From Dehalococcoidia bacterium CG2_30_46_19 (lineage in GTDB: Bacteria > Chloroflexota > Dehalococcoidia > GIF9 > AB-539-J10), in assembly GCA_001872925.1 (NCBI GenBank), contig MNYD01000069.1:1-29141 (forward strand): 29,141 nucleotides of DNA, read 5' to 3'. Made by a program: the position numbers and the translations under genes. Below, one piece after another: positions 23,903 to 29,141 of this stretch. Positions within the stretch are counted from its first letter, which is position 1. Every line of letters starts with the position of its first letter. The notes beneath the pieces were generated by a model. That model had not been told where the DNA came from. It saw nothing but the letters and a program-made list of their open reading frames with translations, and ran no database searches.

Positions 23903-24285
23903 GAGGGGAGTTGCTAAACAATAAAATTTTTGAAGTATGCCATGGTTATCGAGGAGGACGCATCGGCAAGACACAAGCTTTCCTGGGTGATTTACTCAAG
24001 GTAAATCCTATTCTGGGAATAAAGAATGGAGACACCTTTCCTATTGCCCGAGTTCGTAGTCGAGCACAAGCTATAGACTTTCTGGTAAATTTCGCTAAAA
24101 GCTTCAAAAAGGTAGAGGCTTTGGCTATTGAAGACGTTACTACCTCAAACGAGCTGGAAATACTGGGCCAGCGTCTCCAGGGACTGGTGCCCCAAGAACG
24201 TTTCTATCGCTCAAAGGTAAGCCCGGTAGTTGGCACACATGTTGGTCCCCATGTCTTAAGTGTCTCTGCCCTAGAAGGAGAATAA
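23878..24285 (+). pseudogene. degV: DegV (FakB-like) C-terminal fragment; the 5' part is missing and replaced by repeat DNA
   Basis: GGRIGK...LLKVNPIL.IK.G...P.ARVRS and SPVVGTHVGP. Only about 110 of the usual ~280 aa are present. The apparent TTG start lies inside the repeat. Confidence 0.8.
23903..23922. repeat. Family B terminus remnant
   Basis: GTTGCTAAACAAT (23910-23922) is a 13-bp exact match to the reverse complement of 54-66, and is preceded by a G-run as in that copy. Confidence 0.55.
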
Positions 24286-24288
24286 GGT

Positions 24289-26781
24289 TTGGGACAGCCC
24301 CCCAAAGAAACGAGCATAAACTCACTCCGAAGAGTCCTGGAATTAGAATGTAACAAGAGATATTCCGATAAAGCGGTAATCGGAGGATTGGATAAGTTCC
24401 TCCGAAACCAAGAAGGCAAAGTCTTACAGGGCATAGATAACCGAGAACTTTTAATGAGCTTTAATAATCTGGGGTTAGCTAAATCTAATTACAGTTCCTG
24501 GGATGTAAACAAACGTGAACAGTGGATAGCAACTATACTGGAATGGATAGGCAAAGTAGAAGAAGCAAGGGAGAAGAAAAAGTTAACCACACCAGCACTG
24601 GGTAGACCCCCCACGGTTGGTAAAACACGCCAGATCGAGAAAGTATCTCCCGAACTGGATTCACCAATAACCTTAATCAGAGGTATCACACCTAACACAG
24701 CCACTAAATTTGCCAAGCTTGGCGTAAAAACCCTGTATGATTTACTTTACTTCCTTCCTCGTCGTTATATCGATTACAGCCAGAGAAAAGCCATCGCTGA
24801 ACTCGAAGAAGGTAAAGAACAAACCATTATAGCAACGATATGGCAATCCAAAGTGGTCACTCTGGGTAATCGACAGGGCACAGAGACAATTGTCGGCGAT
24901 GAAACGGGTAATATCCGGGTAGTGTGGTTTAATCAACCTTATCTGGCAAAGAACTTTCGTACTAATGCCAGGATAGCAATTAGCGGGATAGTTAGCTCAT
25001 TTAAGGGACAACGGGTTTTTGAGTCTCCAGAATGGGAACTCATCCAGACCAAGGAACTAATCCATACCGCTCGATTAGTCCCCATTTACCCGTTAACTTC
25101 CGGTTTATATCCTCGCCAGGTAAGGAAATGGACAAAGGAGGCTGTAGATAGTTGGGCATGGCAGCTTGTTGAGTTCCTACCCTCAGAAATAAAGAAACGA
25201 TGTCAACTTCTAGATTTGTCTCAAGCAATTACCCAGGCTCATTACCCTGACAATCACCGAGTAGCAGAGGAAGCAAGAAAACGTTTAGCCTTTGATGAAT
25301 TGTTTCTACTTCAATTGGGTCTACTGGCAAGAAAGCAAAATTGGCAGGAAGGTCAGCCCGGCAATGCTTTTAATATCAACCAAGTGCTACTTAAAAAGTT
25401 CTTAAGTTATCTACCATTTACTTTAACGCATGCCCAACAGCGAGTGCTCAGCGAGGTCTTGCTTGACCTCAAACAACCAAAAGCTATGTCGCGGCTTCTC
25501 CAAGGAGAAGTAGGCAGTGGCAAAACTATAATTGCTACTCTAGCGTTACTAATTGCCGGCGATAATGGATACCAAGGGGCACTCATGGCCCCTACCGAAG
25601 TCCTCGCAGAGCAACATTTCGACAACATTTGTAACTATTTAGCCAAAGCTAGCACACAACCCCAGCCATCATTACAACCCCGTATTAAATACGGGGACAG
25701 CAATGTTCGCTGCTATGGTGGTATTCTTTCGCAACCAATCACCATTGCCTTGCTTATCGGCAGCCTTAGCGAAAGTGAAAAGGAAGAGCTGCATAATAAA
25801 ATCAGACAGCACAAAATTGACATTGTCATCGGCACTCACGCTCTCATCCAGGAAGAGGTAGAATTCCCCAAGCTAGGACTAGCGGTGATAGATGAACAAC
25901 AACGCTTCGGCGTTTTGCAACGCTCAGCATTGCGGCAAAAAGGATTCAACCCACATATGCTAGTTATGACCGCTACACCCATCCCGAGAACCATGGCATT
26001 GACTATTTATGGAGACCTTGACCTTTCTATTATTGACGAATTGCCTCCGGGACGGGCAATCGCTAAAACAAAATGGCTTGAACCACAATACCGAGGAAAG
26101 GCTTATTCCTTCATCCACCGCCAAATAAATAAAGGAAAACAAGCTTTTATCATTTACCCCTTGATTGAAGAATCGGAAGTAGTGGAAGCAAAAGCAGCTA
26201 CCACAGGATATGAGTGGCTAAGCAAGGAGGTTTTTCCGAGCTTCAAACTGGGGCTGTTGCATGGGCGAATGCCTGCTGCCGAGAAAGAACAAGTGATGCG
26301 ACGCTTCCGCAATAGAGAACTTGATATCCTGGTATCAACCTCAGTGGTTGAAGTTGGCATTGATGTGCCTAATGCTAACGTCATATTAATAGAAGGTGCC
26401 GACCGATTCGGACTGTCCCAGCTTCACCAATTTCGGGGGAGAGTAGGTCGTGATAAAGAACAAGGCTACTGCCTGCTCATCCCTGAAAGAAGCTCACCTG
26501 AAGCAAAAGAGCGCCTTGAGTTAATGGAAAAAATTCAAGATGGCTTCAAACTAGCCGAGGAAGACCTGAAGCTGCGAGGGCCAGGAGAATTCTTTGGCAC
26601 ACAACAAAGTGGCTTGCCTGAACTCAAAATAGCTAGTATAACAAACATGCAACTTCTGGAGACAGCGCGGCAGGAAGCAACCTCCTTGTTCAAAAATAAT
26701 CCCGATGCAGTGAAAGATAGAGACTCTCCCCTTGGTGAGAAATTAAGCCGAGTATGGCAAGGAAATATTGAATGGAGCTAA
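24289..26781 (+). CDS. recG: ATP-dependent DNA helicase RecG
   Basis: RLAFDELF, LLQGEVGSGKT, MAPTEVLAEQH, DEQQRFG, MTATPIPRT, QLHQFRGRVGR, DLKLRGPGE. Confidence 0.97.
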   Translation: MGQPPKETSINSLRRVLELECNKRYSDKAVIGGLDKFLRNQEGKVLQGIDNRELLMSFNNLGLAKSNYSSWDVNKREQWIATILEWIGKVEEAREKKKLTTPALGRPPTVGKTRQIEKVSPELDSPITLIRGITPNTATKFAKLGVKTLYDLLYFLPRRYIDYSQRKAIAELEEGKEQTIIATIWQSKVVTLGNRQGTETIVGDETGNIRVVWFNQPYLAKNFRTNARIAISGIVSSFKGQRVFESPEWELIQTKELIHTARLVPIYPLTSGLYPRQVRKWTKEAVDSWAWQLVEFLPSEIKKRCQLLDLSQAITQAHYPDNHRVAEEARKRLAFDELFLLQLGLLARKQNWQEGQPGNAFNINQVLLKKFLSYLPFTLTHAQQRVLSEVLLDLKQPKAMSRLLQGEVGSGKTIIATLALLIAGDNGYQGALMAPTEVLAEQHFDNICNYLAKASTQPQPSLQPRIKYGDSNVRCYGGILSQPITIALLIGSLSESEKEELHNKIRQHKIDIVIGTHALIQEEVEFPKLGLAVIDEQQRFGVLQRSALRQKGFNPHMLVMTATPIPRTMALTIYGDLDLSIIDELPPGRAIAKTKWLEPQYRGKAYSFIHRQINKGKQAFIIYPLIEESEVVEAKAATTGYEWLSKEVFPSFKLGLLHGRMPAAEKEQVMRRFRNRELDILVSTSVVEVGIDVPNANVILIEGADRFGLSQLHQFRGRVGRDKEQGYCLLIPERSSPEAKERLELMEKIQDGFKLAEEDLKLRGPGEFFGTQQSGLPELKIASITNMQLLETARQEATSLFKNNPDAVKDRDSPLGEKLSRVWQGNIEWS
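25667..25706 (+). repeat. Degenerate family A shell around a perfect palindrome, in frame in recG (PSLQPRIKYGDSNV)
   Basis: CATCATTACAA-[CCCCGTATT-a-AATACGGGG]-ACAGCAATGT. The SL...SN frame is the same as in the carA and pyrK inserts. It lies in an extra segment between helicase motifs Ia and Ib. Confidence 0.6.
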
Positions 26782-26782
26782 T

Positions 26783-28441
26783 ATGTTTAAACAAAAGATA
26801 GCCGATTGTCTACAAGAAGCAGTAGCCAAAGCCCAACAGGAAGGTAGTCTTGCTCCGGGAACACTACCTGAGATAACTATAGAGCATCCTCAAAACCCTT
26901 CCCATGGGGATTTTGCTTCAAACCTTCCCTTAAAGCTAGCTCGGATAACCAGGATGCCCCCTTTAGTCATTGCTGAGAAAATATTGGAGAAAATGTCACT
27001 CCCTTCCGAGATTGACCATGCCACTACAGCCCCGCCAGGATTCATTAACTTTACCTTGCGGAATGAATGGCTTATCAAGCAAGTAGAAGCTATACTCGCT
27101 GCCGCCGACTCATACGGAAATCTCACCTTAGGCACAGGTAAAAACATCCAAATCGAGTTTGTTAGCGTCAATCCCACAGGACCTCTTCATGTAGGTCATG
27201 GGCGCGGTGCTGTTCTAGGCAGCACCTTAGCTAATGTCCTTTCTACCGCTGGTTATCTTGTGGAAAAGGAGTATTACTTAAACGACATTGGCAATCAGAT
27301 AGAACTCTTCAGTCATTCACTCTATGTTCGTTATCTGCAATACTTCGGTAAAAAGATTGATATGCCTCCTGATGGCTATTATGGCAATTATATGATTGAC
27401 ATGGCAAAGGAAATCGCCGAAGAACATGGAGATAAGTTTCTCAATATGCCCCAGAAAGAAGCAATCGAGGCGATCACCGAAATCGGGCTTAACAAGATAA
27501 TAAATAACATCAAAGGGGACCTTCATTTATTAAACGTGGAGTTCGATGAGTGGTTTAGCGAAAAAAGCCTCTACGAGGGTGAGCAATACAACAAAGCCAT
27601 GGCATTACTGGAAAGTGGAAACTATGTGGCTAAAAAGGAAAATGCCGTTTGGTTTGAATCAAGCCTACTAGGCGAAGATAAAGATAATGTGCTAGTCAGA
27701 AGTAACGGCTCGCCCACCTATTTTGCCTCCGATATCGCCTATCATTACAACAAGTTCATGGAGCGGAATTTTGACACCGTGATTGACATCTGGGGAGCTG
27801 ACCATCAGGGACATGTCCCCCGGATGAAAGCAGTAATTAAAGCCATCGGGCAAGACCCGGAGCGACTCAAGGTGATAATATGTCAGCTGGTTACCCTTCA
27901 TCGCGGAAAAGAAATGCTCAAGATATCCAAGCGAAGTGGTGACCTCATCACCCTGCGTGAGGTGATCGACGAAGTAGGAACAGATGCTTGCCGCTTCTTT
28001 TTCTTATCCCGTTCCGCCGATAGCCAAATGGACTTCGACCTGGAGTTAGCTAAAAAACAGTCAGCAGATAATCCTGTTTACTATGTCCAATATGCTCATG
28101 CTCGAATTGCCAGCATCATTCGGCTCGCTCGGGAACGAGAGATAGACTACAGCCAGGGAGATGTCTCCCTGCTCTCCACTGAGCCAGAGCTAACCTTGAT
28201 TCGCCATTTAATAATGCTCCCCGAGATAGTAGAAAGAGTAGCTATCAACCTTGAGCCCCATCACCTACCCTATTACGCTCAAGCACTGGCTACCGTGTTC
28301 CACAGCTTCTATAAGCAGTGCCGGGTTGTCTCCCAGGATGAGGCATTGACCCAAGCCCGGCTTAAGCTGGTCAGGGCAACTCAAATCGTCCTAGCTAAGG
28401 TGCTCTACCTTATGGGTATGACCACCCCTGAAAGAATGTAA
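26783..28441 (+). CDS. argS: Arginine--tRNA ligase
   Basis: EFVSVNPTGPLHVGHGR (HIGH), WGADHQGH, KISKRSG (KMSKS-like), NPVYYVQYAHAR. ATG 26783 follows the recG stop. Confidence 0.98.
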   Translation: MFKQKIADCLQEAVAKAQQEGSLAPGTLPEITIEHPQNPSHGDFASNLPLKLARITRMPPLVIAEKILEKMSLPSEIDHATTAPPGFINFTLRNEWLIKQVEAILAAADSYGNLTLGTGKNIQIEFVSVNPTGPLHVGHGRGAVLGSTLANVLSTAGYLVEKEYYLNDIGNQIELFSHSLYVRYLQYFGKKIDMPPDGYYGNYMIDMAKEIAEEHGDKFLNMPQKEAIEAITEIGLNKIINNIKGDLHLLNVEFDEWFSEKSLYEGEQYNKAMALLESGNYVAKKENAVWFESSLLGEDKDNVLVRSNGSPTYFASDIAYHYNKFMERNFDTVIDIWGADHQGHVPRMKAVIKAIGQDPERLKVIICQLVTLHRGKEMLKISKRSGDLITLREVIDEVGTDACRFFFLSRSADSQMDFDLELAKKQSADNPVYYVQYAHARIASIIRLAREREIDYSQGDVSLLSTEPELTLIRHLIMLPEIVERVAINLEPHHLPYYAQALATVFHSFYKQCRVVSQDEALTQARLKLVRATQIVLAKVLYLMGMTTPERM

Positions 28442-28486
28442 CCAGCTGAACCATCCCTACCATACAGATAGCAATCCAGTCAAAAG

Positions 28487-28526
28487 TCCCCTCTCCCTTG
28501 ACAGGAGAGAGCTAGGGTGAGGGTGA
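28487..28526 (+). repeat. Family B hairpin repeat
   Basis: TCCCCTCTCCCTTGACAGGAGAGAGCTAGGGTGAGGGTGA, similar to the minus strand of 7370-7406. Confidence 0.8.
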
Positions 28527-28531
28527 AAGAG

Positions 28532-28616
28532 GTCATTGCGAGCGCTCCGCCTCCTGTCATTCTGAGCGGAGCGAAGAATCTCAAGATGCTCAGGACAGGC
28601 TCCGCGAAGCAATCTC
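28532..28616 (+). repeat. Family A nested composite (outer GTCATTGCGAGCG...CGCGAAGCAATCTC, inner 27-bp core at 28555-28581)
   Basis: Inner core TGTCATTCTGAGCGGAGCGAAGAATCT, with tail TGCTCAGGACAGGCTCCGCGAAG. Confidence 0.92.
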
Positions 28617-28623
28617 ACGAAAA

Positions 28624-29141
28624 CTAAAGCCCTTCCTTTTTATACTGCTTAGCTAATTCAATGTAAGCTATTGACCCCAATTGTGTCCATAATAACTGTT
28701 CCTGCGAAACTTCTTTTTTTACCTTGCCAGGTACGCCGGCAACAAAAGACCTATCGGGAATCTTCGCCCCCTGCCCCACCAATGCGCCCGCAGCAATGAT
28801 ACAAAAATCACCAATCTCAGCATCATGAAGTATGGTGGCATTTATTCCAATGAGAACATTATTCCCGATTTTGCGAGCATGGTTAACGGCACCATGTCCG
28901 ATAACTACGTTTTCTCCAATCACAATATCCTCAAACCCATCAAGCGACCCTGAGTGTATAACACAATTATCTTCCACGATAGTATTATCGCCGATTGTTA
29001 TTTTACCAAGGTCAGCTCTAATCACTGCCCCAGGCATCACCACACAATTTTCGCCAATCGCCACATCGCCAATAATATAAGCTGTCTTGCTGATAAAAGC
29101 CGAGCTGGCTATCCTTGGGGTCTTACCGTTAAAGCTCTTGA
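28624..29141 (-). CDS. Gamma carbonic anhydrase family / hexapeptide-repeat protein, 5' end just outside the window
   Basis: The frame is open from the edge: (I)KSFNGKTPRIASSAFISKTAYIIGDVAIG, IRADL, EDNCVIH, IGHGAVNH and I-G-x-x hexapeptide repeats. Confidence 0.9.
   Translation of the reverse strand, partial: KSFNGKTPRIASSAFISKTAYIIGDVAIGENCVVMPGAVIRADLGKITIGDNTIVEDNCVIHSGSLDGFEDIVIGENVVIGHGAVNHARKIGNNVLIGINATILHDAEIGDFCIIAAGALVGQGAKIPDRSFVAGVPGKVKKEVSQEQLLWTQLGSIAYIELAKQYKKEGL

Noticed and set aside
26724-26748. CTCTCCCCTTGGTGAGAAATTAAG at the recG 3' end resembling family B
   Set aside because: The stem is imperfect and the match short, so it cannot be told apart from ordinary coding sequence.
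271-28616. Recurring ~28-bp palindromic unit considered as a CRISPR repeat
   Set aside because: The copies are dispersed, lack regular spacers, lie inside genes, and no cas genes are present.

Overview
A 29 kb stretch of housekeeping chromosome, about 45% GC by eye. Gene order and the RecG N-terminal extension suggest Chloroflexota, class Dehalococcoidia (inference). The minus strand carries a pyrimidine operon (pyrR-pyrB-pyrC-carA-[TIR-like gene]-carB-pyrK-yjbQ) with a complete PyrR attenuator. Divergent from it is an arginine operon (argJ-[DUF5618-like]-argB-argD-argG-argH). Next come a three-gene defence-like insert (degenerate Mrr-like protein, N4-cytosine methyltransferase, XcyI-like endonuclease), then rpe, rpmB, a DAK2-family gene, a truncated degV, recG, argS and a gamma-carbonic-anhydrase-family gene cut by the window edge. 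The main unexplained signal is a set of short palindromic repeat families (called A, B and C here). They sit between genes and also in frame inside pyrK (3 inserts), carA, pyrC (2 internal plus the C-terminus), recG and the carB tail. They are read in three different frames and nest inside each other. Family A keeps a GCGNAGC (GNA-triloop) mini-hairpin with compensatory stem changes and follows the direction of transcription. No cognate transposase is present in the window. Other points of interest are a PyrB fused to a PyrI-like Zn domain plus an Ada-like domain, a TIR-like gene between carA and carB, and a duplicated, synonymously diverged argJ 3' end that looks like an integration scar. All product calls come from motif recognition only; no database search was run.
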